DNA from: Promethearchaeia archaeon
Lineage (GTDB): Archaea; Asgardarchaeota; Lokiarchaeia; Sigyniarchaeales; SOKP01
NCBI GenBank assembly: GCA_046483985.1
Contig: JAWOCD010000092.1
Span: 38,455-102,454, forward strand
Reading direction: 5' to 3'
DNA length: 64,000 nt
The position numbers and the translations under genes are program-made. Below, in pieces: positions 53,335 through 62,226 of the stretch. Numbering within the stretch: position 1 is the first letter of the stretch; each line of letters opens with the position of its first letter. The notes beneath the pieces were generated by a model that did no database searches, was not told where the DNA came from, and saw only the letters and a program-made list of their open reading frames with translations.

Positions 53335-56322
53335 ATGACAGAGAATATTCCAGACGTTGAAGGAAATATTGACCATAAAAAGGCATTAGAACGTTTAGGA
53401 TTAAGTTCCGGCGAGATTAATGCGTATTTTTCTGTAGCGGGAAAAGGAGTATGTTTAATGAGCGAAATCGCAAAACACGCTCATGTTGAAATGGATGAGG
53501 CGAAAACAATCGTTTCTAAGTTAATTGAAAAAGGATTATTAAAGGAGATTCCCGGAAGAACTATAAGGTTTCAGGCATTACCTCCTTATTCAGCTCTACT
53601 TAATCAATTAGAGGCTTTCCGCGATTATGTTGCAGAGTTAAGAGATGAAGTCCCTCAACAGTTGGAGAATGAATTTTCACGCTTTGAAGAGGGGTTTGCT
53701 AGAGTGAGTGGATTAGAGGATTTCAAAAGATTCGTGACGGATGTAAAAGATAAAATTCCTCAAAGATTAAACAAAAAGTTTACAGAACTTGCCCAAGAGT
53801 TTGAGAAGTTTGAACAAATAAAAGATTTTGAGAAATATATTGGGGAAATTAAGAATTCAGCTCCAATGGAACTAAGTCAAAAATTCGAGGAGTTTAGTAA
53901 GGAATTCGACAATTTGAAAAGTATCGAAGAATTTAAAAACTTCGTTTCTAGAATCAGAGAAAAGGCAAGAACCGAGTTAAAGGATCGATTTGATTCATTG
54001 GAAACAGAATTTACAGAACTAAGAGCATTGGAGGACCTAAAGGGTAAATTTACAGAAATAAAGACCACGGTCCCTCAAAAATTAAGGGGAAGCTTCTCAA
54101 AATTTCAAGAAGATTTTAAGGATGTAGCGGAATTAACATCGTTTAAAGATTTTGTAGGTGATGTGAAGAAATCTCTCCCCAGAAAAATTAATGCAGAGTT
54201 CACGCAAATCGAAAATCAATTTAATCAACTCCAACAGCTTCAAGATTTCGAAAACTTTGTAAGAGATATCACAGCACAAGTTCCGAAAGAGATGGTCCAA
54301 AAATTTGAGGGATTTGAAAATAAATTTCGAAGTGTGTCGGGACTTGAGGAATTTAAGGATTTTCTTACTAATTTAAAAAGAAATGTCCCACAAGAATTAG
54401 AAGATGAGTTTCAAGATTTCGAAACCGCAATTAAGGGAATAAAGTCAGATATTTTAAACACAGAAACCCAACTAATGGGGAATTACCAAAAAATAATGGG
54501 AGATATCTTTAATGAATTTATCGATGCTTTTGTTTCCGAGGTTGTAATGGAGAGAGTAGAAAGCCTAAAAGAGATGTTTCAAGAAGAAGTGATTAAAGGC
54601 GTGGAAGAAATATTGGGAAAGGTCTTACTTAAAACCCAAACAATGAGCAATGAAGTACTCGATTCTTTTGATCAATTAAGGAAGTGGTTAATGGAAGAAG
54701 TTATCTCGGGCTTAAAATCCAGCCTTGAAGCCGTAAACCAAAAAGTAATTGAAGCATCAAAAGGCGTGACCGATGGATTTAATCGGCTAAAGAAATGGAT
54801 CACCCAACAAGTTACCCAAGATTTGGAAAAAACCCTTTCAGAAGTCGAATCTGGAGCAATGGAAGCATCTCAAAGAGTTATTGGCGCAATCGATACATTA
54901 CAGAATTGGTTCGATGAAAAAGTGATCGCAGGACTTGAAAAAATTCTTACCAATATGGAAAAAAAACTAGGAGATGTAGCTCAGAAAGCTTCGGAGAGCT
55001 TACAAGATGTTGAAGGATGGTTCGTTGATGACGCTATCGAAGGAATAGAAGCAACATTAGAAGAAACACAAAATTCTGTAGAACAAGTAACTGTCGAAGT
55101 CCAGAATTCATTGGATGAATTAGAAAGTTGGTTTAGAGGAGAAGCCGTTAATCAATTAGAAGAGGTACTTGAGAATATCGAAGGACGAATTCACGGAGCT
55201 ACCAAAGAAGTTTTAACGGGTTTTGATGAAATGAAATCATGGGTTAGTGAGGACGTCATCATAACCATAAAAGATACATTAGATGATGTAACCCAAAAAG
55301 TAAGGGCTGCAAGTTCTGAAATTGATAAGGAAGTTCAAAAATTAAAAACAATGTTCCAAGGAAGAGTGGTCGAGAACACCTTTAACATGCTAAGCGGTAT
55401 TGAAGATAGATTGTGGGAATCAGAAGCCACAATGAAGGCCTTTTGGGATAAAGCCTTAAGTGAGGTCGCGTTTAGATTTCAAGAGGTTTGGTTTGTACAA
55501 GGAGCAGACGCAATGGTTGGTGAAATCAGTCAGATCGTTGGACGGGTTAAATCCAAATTATTCATAGTTGCACCCCGATTAGAAGATATAGACTTTGTTC
55601 CGATTCGCAACCTAAGTCATCGAATTAATGTTCGAATCGCAGCTAATATTGATCCCAACTCAACTGAGGAAATGAATATCCTTAAGGAATTCATAGAACG
55701 AACAAATTTTGCTTTCCGACATTATCCAGATGAAAATATTTGGGGAGTATCAAAGGATATGGAAGAAATAATTTTAGGTGCGGTTTCTGGGTTTGATGTT
55801 GCTGGTATCGGATCGGTTATCAATGAACATATTAAGAACTTTAATCCAGTGTTAGAAAGGGCGTGGATGAAAGGAACACCAATAAAAAGCATGGATGATG
55901 CCCAAATGATACAAGCAAAACGAGCACCAAGAAAAATTGAAAGAGATATTGCAGTTACAGATACCAATATTCCTGCTCCCTCTACAACAACGCAACCCTC
56001 TGGAGAAGGAGATACCGAATCTATATCCCCACAATACATCTCGGAAGCTTTTTCAGAACAGAAAAAAGAAGCAGCTAAAGAGATAAAGGCGAAACTTGAA
56101 AATTTGAACTCCTTTATTAAAAAAAATCCTACCAAAGGAGAATTAGGCTCAAAATTAAATGAACTCAAGGAAAATATTATTAATAGTTATGGTTTTTCTC
56201 GATTGGTTTTTGATATAAGTAAAATCTCACGAGATTTACTACGTGATCCTAAGAATGTTCTTTCAGATTCTGAAATTGTTAAACTCAAGAACTCAATAAA
56301 AGAATGGAAAGAAAAATTATAA
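53335..56322 (+). CDS. TrmB-family protein with a very long helical-repeat insertion
   Basis: N-terminal LGLS..E..AY wHTH..L.EKGL..F.ALPP; central 8x35-aa and 8x37-aa repeats; C-terminal TrmB effector/PLD-like fold (VWFVQG..KLFIVAP..VRIA..DMEEIILG). Confidence 0.75.
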   Translation: MTENIPDVEGNIDHKKALERLGLSSGEINAYFSVAGKGVCLMSEIAKHAHVEMDEAKTIVSKLIEKGLLKEIPGRTIRFQALPPYSALLNQLEAFRDYVAELRDEVPQQLENEFSRFEEGFARVSGLEDFKRFVTDVKDKIPQRLNKKFTELAQEFEKFEQIKDFEKYIGEIKNSAPMELSQKFEEFSKEFDNLKSIEEFKNFVSRIREKARTELKDRFDSLETEFTELRALEDLKGKFTEIKTTVPQKLRGSFSKFQEDFKDVAELTSFKDFVGDVKKSLPRKINAEFTQIENQFNQLQQLQDFENFVRDITAQVPKEMVQKFEGFENKFRSVSGLEEFKDFLTNLKRNVPQELEDEFQDFETAIKGIKSDILNTETQLMGNYQKIMGDIFNEFIDAFVSEVVMERVESLKEMFQEEVIKGVEEILGKVLLKTQTMSNEVLDSFDQLRKWLMEEVISGLKSSLEAVNQKVIEASKGVTDGFNRLKKWITQQVTQDLEKTLSEVESGAMEASQRVIGAIDTLQNWFDEKVIAGLEKILTNMEKKLGDVAQKASESLQDVEGWFVDDAIEGIEATLEETQNSVEQVTVEVQNSLDELESWFRGEAVNQLEEVLENIEGRIHGATKEVLTGFDEMKSWVSEDVIITIKDTLDDVTQKVRAASSEIDKEVQKLKTMFQGRVVENTFNMLSGIEDRLWESEATMKAFWDKALSEVAFRFQEVWFVQGADAMVGEISQIVGRVKSKLFIVAPRLEDIDFVPIRNLSHRINVRIAANIDPNSTEEMNILKEFIERTNFAFRHYPDENIWGVSKDMEEIILGAVSGFDVAGIGSVINEHIKNFNPVLERAWMKGTPIKSMDDAQMIQAKRAPRKIERDIAVTDTNIPAPSTTTQPSGEGDTESISPQYISEAFSEQKKEAAKEIKAKLENLNSFIKKNPTKGELGSKLNELKENIINSYGFSRLVFDISKISRDLLRDPKNVLSDSEIVKLKNSIKEWKEKL

Positions 56323-56355
56323 AAGAGTATTTATTATTTATTTTTAATATTTTTT

Positions 56356-56889
56356 TTATCGCATAAATGAGGGAAGCATATTACTAAAAATTTCAGCAAT
56401 TTTTGTGAGTTTTGACTTTTCTTTTACATAAGTTGCTATAAGTATTGATTTGTTAAGTTCTTTTTTATCTAAAGATCCTCCAGAATAAACTGCTTCTTGC
56501 GAATTGAACACTAATAGATATCGCACATTTGGATTACTTATCACCGTCACGTTACTCTTGTTTTTAAGCTGATCGTAATATTTTTTATATCCCTCTTGGT
56601 AAAGCCTTCTATCGTTGGTTACCAATAGAACGGGTATATCCTTCTCAGCAATTCTCAGAATCTCAGTTGTATAGAATTTATCTACTTTGGGAGAGACTAT
56701 ATTTAACTGATCATCTGTTTCATTCATAATTCTTATTATTTCATCATTTACTTTGCCTTTTTTATGAGAGCCTTTAGAATCATCAATAGTTAACATTCCC
56801 ACTAAGGAGAGCACTTTCTGTTCGAGCTCTTTAATGCGTTTTTTTAATTTTCTGTTTTCGAATCTGAGTTCTTTGATCCTATCTTTCAT
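56356..56889 (-). CDS. Coiled coil + degenerate PLD-like (TrmB-C-like) domain protein
   Basis: N-terminal heptads; LNIVSP..VLLVT..NVRYLLVFN..EAVYSGGSL where HxKxxxxD..GSxN would lie. Confidence 0.6.
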   Translation of the reverse strand: MKDRIKELRFENRKLKKRIKELEQKVLSLVGMLTIDDSKGSHKKGKVNDEIIRIMNETDDQLNIVSPKVDKFYTTEILRIAEKDIPVLLVTNDRRLYQEGYKKYYDQLKNKSNVTVISNPNVRYLLVFNSQEAVYSGGSLDKKELNKSILIATYVKEKSKLTKIAEIFSNMLPSFMR

Positions 56890-56955
56890 AGTCTATCATG
56901 TTTTGCACTAATTTAATAATTACTTTTATCTTACATCCTTAAAAATTTATTTTAT

Positions 56956-59487
56956 TCAAAAAATCTTCCACGGATTACCAAACAAAGTGAAAGAACAAAT
57001 CGTTAGAATTTGTTCTGTATTTAATCCTTCAGTCCCTTCTTTTTGTGAGTCGGAAAGTAATGCTTTTCTTGCTTTTAATAAAGCTATGCCTTGGGGGTTC
57101 TCTTGAATTAATAGATTATAAAAATTGAGTAGTAGATTCTTGGTTAAATTATTAAAGATCGGAAAATTTCTAACTAACACACCCGAAAAGGGATTAGTAT
57201 CAAAAGATTGAGCTATTTGGGAAAAGGGTTTAAGCATATCAAAAATCTGTTCCCCTTCAGAATCATACATTTTGATATCAAAAACTAAAAATGGCTTGAT
57301 AGATTTATTATTTTTCAAACTAGCGAGGATCTCTTTAATAGTAATTAATTGATCATCATTTGTTAAGATGTAACTTTGTTGAGGTGCCTTCTCAGAAAAG
57401 AAAAAGTTTCCTATAAATGTAATTATTCGGAAAGAGTGTTGAGAAAGATTTGACAATATATTTTCTCTTGTGGAGTTTAAACCCTTCAAAATTGTCATTT
57501 TATCTACTTGCGGTATGTTATGATGTAAATCCGTAAGAAAATCCAATTCTTCTTGCCCTTCGATAAATGGATACAATAATTCTTTCTTTTTTGATTGTTC
57601 GTTCCATTTTACGGGTTTTTGTGAATTTATCGACTCAATTATTAATGTTTTTTTATCTCCAACAGAAGGATTGTGAGAGGTTGTTTTTGAAGAAACCCCA
57701 GTCAACAAGGTCAATGATGAATCATAGGAGAGCGAAAATTGATGTCCTAAAAAGTTAGTTTGATAAATAAGTTCTAAAGGAATGATCAAATCCTTGTAAA
57801 CAAAATAAATGTGAGTTATTTGACTAGTTTCAGAATTTGATACTGTTTTAAATAACCTTCGGATCCCAAGGGGTAAAAAGGCATATAATAATTTCCCAAA
57901 TTCCCTTAAGTTGAAGCCATAGGTTTCAGAATTATTTAAAAAGATATCTTGATAGATTTTAACTACTTGCGAGTCGTTCCAGTATTCATGATTAAATTGA
58001 CCGTCAAGAGTTTGTAGATTGTCCAAGACAATATGGTATGAGATTTTGGCCTTATCATCAACATATAAAATAACTTTCTGAATGTTTGAATTATACTGGT
58101 TCAGAGTATTAAATAATTCATCATCTCTTGGATATTGATAAATATCTTCCTTAAGTGATTGACCTATCTTATAAAGAGAACCTAAATCATCCAAATTTGC
58201 CCTTAAATCTTCTTCAAAATAAGTAGAAATCTTTAATGCTAACCCAATCTCTCCCATCTCAAATAGGATTCTATAAAACGACATCTTCCAAAAATGTTGA
58301 GTTTCCAATGAGAAAAATTTGGTTTTTAATTCCCAAATATAATTCCATGTATAAAAATAATGAAATATTTCGGATTTACTCTGTGGTAAAGAAAGATGAT
58401 GTCGTAATTTTTCCAATGATTTAAGTAAATATCCTTTTTCATACATCTGTGAGAAATTTGTTGTCGCTTCAACCCATAATTCAATTAATATTAAATCATA
58501 TCCTAAATCTCCTTGATACATGAGCTCATCTTCAATCAAATCATAGACCTCAAAAGCAACCTGAAAATGATTATGTTTTATTAACGATTGAATCACTTTT
58601 TTAATCTTTTTGGTTGCATTCTCAAGCGATTCAAACTTCTTAAATTTCTGGAATAAATTCCTGTTTAATGGAATTAACCATTGTTTTTCCCCGATTTCAT
58701 TAAGGTAATTAATTAGGTAAAGAATATCTTCACAGATCGATTGATAGTTCCGTTCATTTATTGAAATTCGCCCCAAGTTAGAAAACTCTGCTCTTAAATT
58801 AGTGGGAATTCGGTTGATTAGCATTTTCTGTACTTTTTGGACAAATTTATTTGAATCCTCTTTTAAATGATACTTCATATTAACATTTTCAATTAGAATA
58901 TAGAGAAACAGTGCACGCCTTCCGGGTTCTATTTGGATCACAATATCCTCTAATTTTTGAAAGCTCAACTGAAAAATATTGGTCGGTTTTACTGTTTTTC
59001 TAAGGATCATTAATATTATTTGGTATTCAATTAATTTATCATAATTATCTCCAGATTTTACCTTACCCGATAGTGAATTGATAAACTTTGTAATTCCGCC
59101 TACGGAGAGGTTCTCCATTTGAATAAATCGCTGTAATAAATTTTCAGCAAAGGTCTCAAAGAGATACATATCATTTAACTTTTCAAGAAAAATAAAAAAC
59201 CGTTTAAGACCATCTACATATCTAATTATATCATAATCTAAACCCTTTTCTTTGTATTTCGCAGAAAGAGAATTTAGATACCTCCACCATGTATTTGAAA
59301 TCATATGGGCAAGCTGTCGCTTTTTATCTAAATCTAGCCATTCAGATTTCTCAATATCAAAATATAAGTTCGTAAGTAATTTGTCTCCCCAACGATGGTT
59401 CCGATCATTTAATAATTTATTTGCTTGAATTATATTCTGTCTGAAATTCGAAAGAAATTCATGCTTCTTTTTAGAGGTAACGACCAT
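56956..59487 (-). CDS. Helical-solenoid + CHAT (caspase/separase-fold) domain protein, catalytic dyad degenerate
   Basis: LREFGKLLY.FLP, IPLEL, STRENI, IITFIGN (cf. IIHFAGH), LVFDIK (cf. VFLNAC), FY..L....G.AL..AR, SFTLFGNP. Confidence 0.75.
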   Translation of the reverse strand: MVVTSKKKHEFLSNFRQNIIQANKLLNDRNHRWGDKLLTNLYFDIEKSEWLDLDKKRQLAHMISNTWWRYLNSLSAKYKEKGLDYDIIRYVDGLKRFFIFLEKLNDMYLFETFAENLLQRFIQMENLSVGGITKFINSLSGKVKSGDNYDKLIEYQIILMILRKTVKPTNIFQLSFQKLEDIVIQIEPGRRALFLYILIENVNMKYHLKEDSNKFVQKVQKMLINRIPTNLRAEFSNLGRISINERNYQSICEDILYLINYLNEIGEKQWLIPLNRNLFQKFKKFESLENATKKIKKVIQSLIKHNHFQVAFEVYDLIEDELMYQGDLGYDLILIELWVEATTNFSQMYEKGYLLKSLEKLRHHLSLPQSKSEIFHYFYTWNYIWELKTKFFSLETQHFWKMSFYRILFEMGEIGLALKISTYFEEDLRANLDDLGSLYKIGQSLKEDIYQYPRDDELFNTLNQYNSNIQKVILYVDDKAKISYHIVLDNLQTLDGQFNHEYWNDSQVVKIYQDIFLNNSETYGFNLREFGKLLYAFLPLGIRRLFKTVSNSETSQITHIYFVYKDLIIPLELIYQTNFLGHQFSLSYDSSLTLLTGVSSKTTSHNPSVGDKKTLIIESINSQKPVKWNEQSKKKELLYPFIEGQEELDFLTDLHHNIPQVDKMTILKGLNSTRENILSNLSQHSFRIITFIGNFFFSEKAPQQSYILTNDDQLITIKEILASLKNNKSIKPFLVFDIKMYDSEGEQIFDMLKPFSQIAQSFDTNPFSGVLVRNFPIFNNLTKNLLLNFYNLLIQENPQGIALLKARKALLSDSQKEGTEGLNTEQILTICSFTLFGNPWKIF

Positions 59488-59574
59488 TTATATCCTCTTT
59501 TTGCATTTAATTTAGTATTTATAAGTTAATTTAACTATTCTTTATTCTTTGAGTAATATTTTGTTCCCTCATAT

Positions 59575-60726
59575 TTATTGTTGATTCACACCAGAGGGAT
59601 TTTCCATCCAACCTTCTGTGAGCTTTCCTTGTGAGCTTAGAATCGAAGCTCCAATCCACGCCATATTCTCTCTTCCTTTTGGAGCAATTACCTTTATCTT
59701 TTCTTGTAACATCTCTGAAAAATAATCGGTTAATTCAAGTTTAATTCTTTCCTTTAAACCCGGAATTAAACTTGAGCCTCCCGCAATAATAATATTGGAC
59801 AATAATTCCTCCCAATTTTCACGATCCCAGTTTTTTACAATCGTGGCAATTGCCTCGGGTAATCCCATATAATCCACATGGACAAGGGACGGGTCAAATA
59901 ATGGTTCAGATATCAAAAACCGGATTTTATTTATTAGAAGTTCAGACGCATCAGGGAATTGAATGATTTGATCATAATCCTTCTTATCTTTTTCTATTTT
60001 TTCGATTTCTGCTTCAGGATTCACGACACATAAAGAGACTTCCTCTTTCAGATTTTTCGCTATCCATTTATCTATATAAAAACTTTTATCGCTGCTTTTT
60101 CCTCTCTCTGTAATGATTTTATTCAGAAAGTATTTAGTTAAATCTTGGCCTGAAATTGGAAATAAGTCTCTTGCCATTATATTTGAAAATCCATGAAAAA
60201 TTGAAGAAATAAATGAATTTGATTCTCCCAAGTTTATAATTAATCCGGTAGATTTTTGTAAAGATGATATAATTGCTTGACTCTCCGAAAGAAATTGAAG
60301 TTTAGGAAATTTAAATCCTTTAAAAAATATCTTTTTCATTTGTTCTTTCTCCAAATCCGTCATGAAAAAGGGAGATATAATAATAAGAGGCTGTTTATAT
60401 TTATGTTCTGACTCAATATCCAATTTTTCATAAAAATAATGAAAATATTGCCAAAAAATAGATAAATTATTTTCCTTTTTAAATTCATGAACGTTCAATA
60501 TATTTTGGTAATTGAGGGCGTCATTCCCGTATTTATACCGATTTACCTTTTCTTCTTTGACGAAAATATCTTCTAACCCTTTTATATTTTCAGACTGGAC
60601 AATCGAGTCCTTAATATCTACATAGATACTTGGTTCAATATACTCTGGAAAATCTTCACCAGCCCATCCCAAGCGAAAATTATCACATCCAATATCTATT
60701 ATTATTGGTCTTTCAGTTTCAGTCAT
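59575..60726 (-). CDS. Actin-related protein (Asgard Arp)
   Basis: IIIDIG...RLGWAGEDFP, SGQDLT..F, LKE..C.V, FPD, RF..SEPLFDP, NIIIAGGSSLIPGLKERI, AWIGASIL. Confidence 0.92.
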   Translation of the reverse strand: MTETERPIIIDIGCDNFRLGWAGEDFPEYIEPSIYVDIKDSIVQSENIKGLEDIFVKEEKVNRYKYGNDALNYQNILNVHEFKKENNLSIFWQYFHYFYEKLDIESEHKYKQPLIIISPFFMTDLEKEQMKKIFFKGFKFPKLQFLSESQAIISSLQKSTGLIINLGESNSFISSIFHGFSNIMARDLFPISGQDLTKYFLNKIITERGKSSDKSFYIDKWIAKNLKEEVSLCVVNPEAEIEKIEKDKKDYDQIIQFPDASELLINKIRFLISEPLFDPSLVHVDYMGLPEAIATIVKNWDRENWEELLSNIIIAGGSSLIPGLKERIKLELTDYFSEMLQEKIKVIAPKGRENMAWIGASILSSQGKLTEGWMENPSGVNQQ

Positions 60727-60791
60727 TATTGAAAACCATTCATAATTGAGTTTTTAAATGTAAAGTTAGTAGCCAATTTACAAAAAGAGAA

Positions 60792-61541
60792 TTATTGAAG
60801 CTCTAACAGGGGCAATAATTCATCAGTCATGCGTTTCATCTGGTATTCCTTTATTTGAAGGCTTAAGAGACCAAGCACTTTTTTAAATTCCGCGCCCATC
60901 TCGTCTAGATTCACATCCGCTATACGTTCCACTTCTCTTCTCTTTACTTTAAACTGGTCTATCCCTTTTAAAATTTTGTCATAAAGATTATTGATGGTTT
61001 CTACTAATTCTTCAGTATTCTTTTTCGTGATTTTTCTCATCTTTCTAAGAATAGACAAAATATTAGAGATTGAGTTCTCCCAGCGTTCATACCGATTCTT
61101 ATAAGATTTTAGATAATTTTCAAAAAAAGTCGTTAGATTCCTATATAATTCTAGTCTTCCACTCTCGTAGGATTGTTCCGTTGGAGGTGGAGAAGAGGGG
61201 ATTTGAGTCTCCTCTACAGTTGGAGCAGGTGATTTCTCTTCTTCCTTTACAAAACTGGGTTTTTCTTTTATAGTACTAAGTTCTCCCTCCACAGGAACGG
61301 ATTCTTCTTTGGCTTCATATTGATAATCTTCTTGCATTTCTGTATCTTCCTCTTTTGATTCATAATAGAGGTGAGGTGTTTTAACTTCTTCTTCTTGTTT
61401 TGTATCTCGCTTATAAAATTGTCCTTCTTCAGATTCTTTTTCCAGGATACCTTTCAATGCAGTTTTTGTTTTTTTTGCTGATTTAAGAGCTCGTTCAAGG
61501 AAACTAGCTCCAGTATTGTCACGGTTTTCTTTTTCTGGCAT
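60792..61541 (-). CDS. Hypothetical protein: acidic disordered N-half, amphipathic helical C-half
   Basis: E/K/P-rich residues ~30-125 followed by ~115 aa of continuous helix; co-directional with the Arp gene. Confidence 0.7.
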   Translation of the reverse strand: MPEKENRDNTGASFLERALKSAKKTKTALKGILEKESEEGQFYKRDTKQEEEVKTPHLYYESKEEDTEMQEDYQYEAKEESVPVEGELSTIKEKPSFVKEEEKSPAPTVEETQIPSSPPPTEQSYESGRLELYRNLTTFFENYLKSYKNRYERWENSISNILSILRKMRKITKKNTEELVETINNLYDKILKGIDQFKVKRREVERIADVNLDEMGAEFKKVLGLLSLQIKEYQMKRMTDELLPLLELQ

Positions 61542-61602
61542 ATTATCTATTTTTTATAGTTCTTTTTTTATATTATTTTAGTAATAATAATGGTATAATA
61601 AT

Positions 61603-62010
61603 TTATCGTAAAACTTCGGATTCAATATTAATAGCTTCTCCTTCAGAGATAAGACGCTGTTTTATCTCGTCCAAGGTGAGATCTGGGGGTTTTGGTCCGA
61701 TCACCGTCCAGACTGCTGTTTTATCCTTCTCAATAATTACGGCTTCTCCATAGACCAATGATACCCCAATATCTCCAAAGGTGGTTGCTATTTTTCCTAA
61801 AGACCCCGGAGAGTCTTTTATCGTAATTTTATATTTTATTTGTTCGTGCTCCCTATCAATTCCCGCGGGAGTTATACGAATTTCCTTCTTTTCAGAGTCT
61901 CCAATAAGCATTAACTGAGAATTAGTAGTAATTCCTAAGCTTTTACGCATAATAGAAGGAATAACAATTCTCCCACGCTTGTCTAATGATACTATACGTA
62001 CTTCTTTCAT
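61603..62010 (-). CDS. AbrB/MazE/SpoVT DNA-binding + ACT domain regulator
   Basis: LDKRGRIVIP..MRKSLGI (AbrB) and DSPGSLGKIA (ACT). Confidence 0.85.
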   Translation of the reverse strand: MKEVRIVSLDKRGRIVIPSIMRKSLGITTNSQLMLIGDSEKKEIRITPAGIDREHEQIKYKITIKDSPGSLGKIATTFGDIGVSLVYGEAVIIEKDKTAVWTVIGPKPPDLTLDEIKQRLISEGEAINIESEVLR

Positions 62011-62226
62011 ATTACATTACTTCTTTCATTATCATTTAGAAAGGAAAAATATCCTTTTTTGTTTCCAAAAAATAAATTATTCTAGTTATATAATTTATTG
62101 AGATAATTTAATATATATATCTTAATAATTTATTGAGGTGATTTAATGTTCCCTTATCCTTCTCAACTGCCAAGAAAGTTTCGCTTTAAAAAAAATCAAA
62201 AATGGGAAAGAAGAAAATTTAGTACT

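Noticed and set aside
56956-59487. TPR-CHAT anti-phage (Craspase-like) protease system
   Set aside because: The catalytic His/Cys are absent and no Cas7-11, gasdermin or other effector gene is adjacent.
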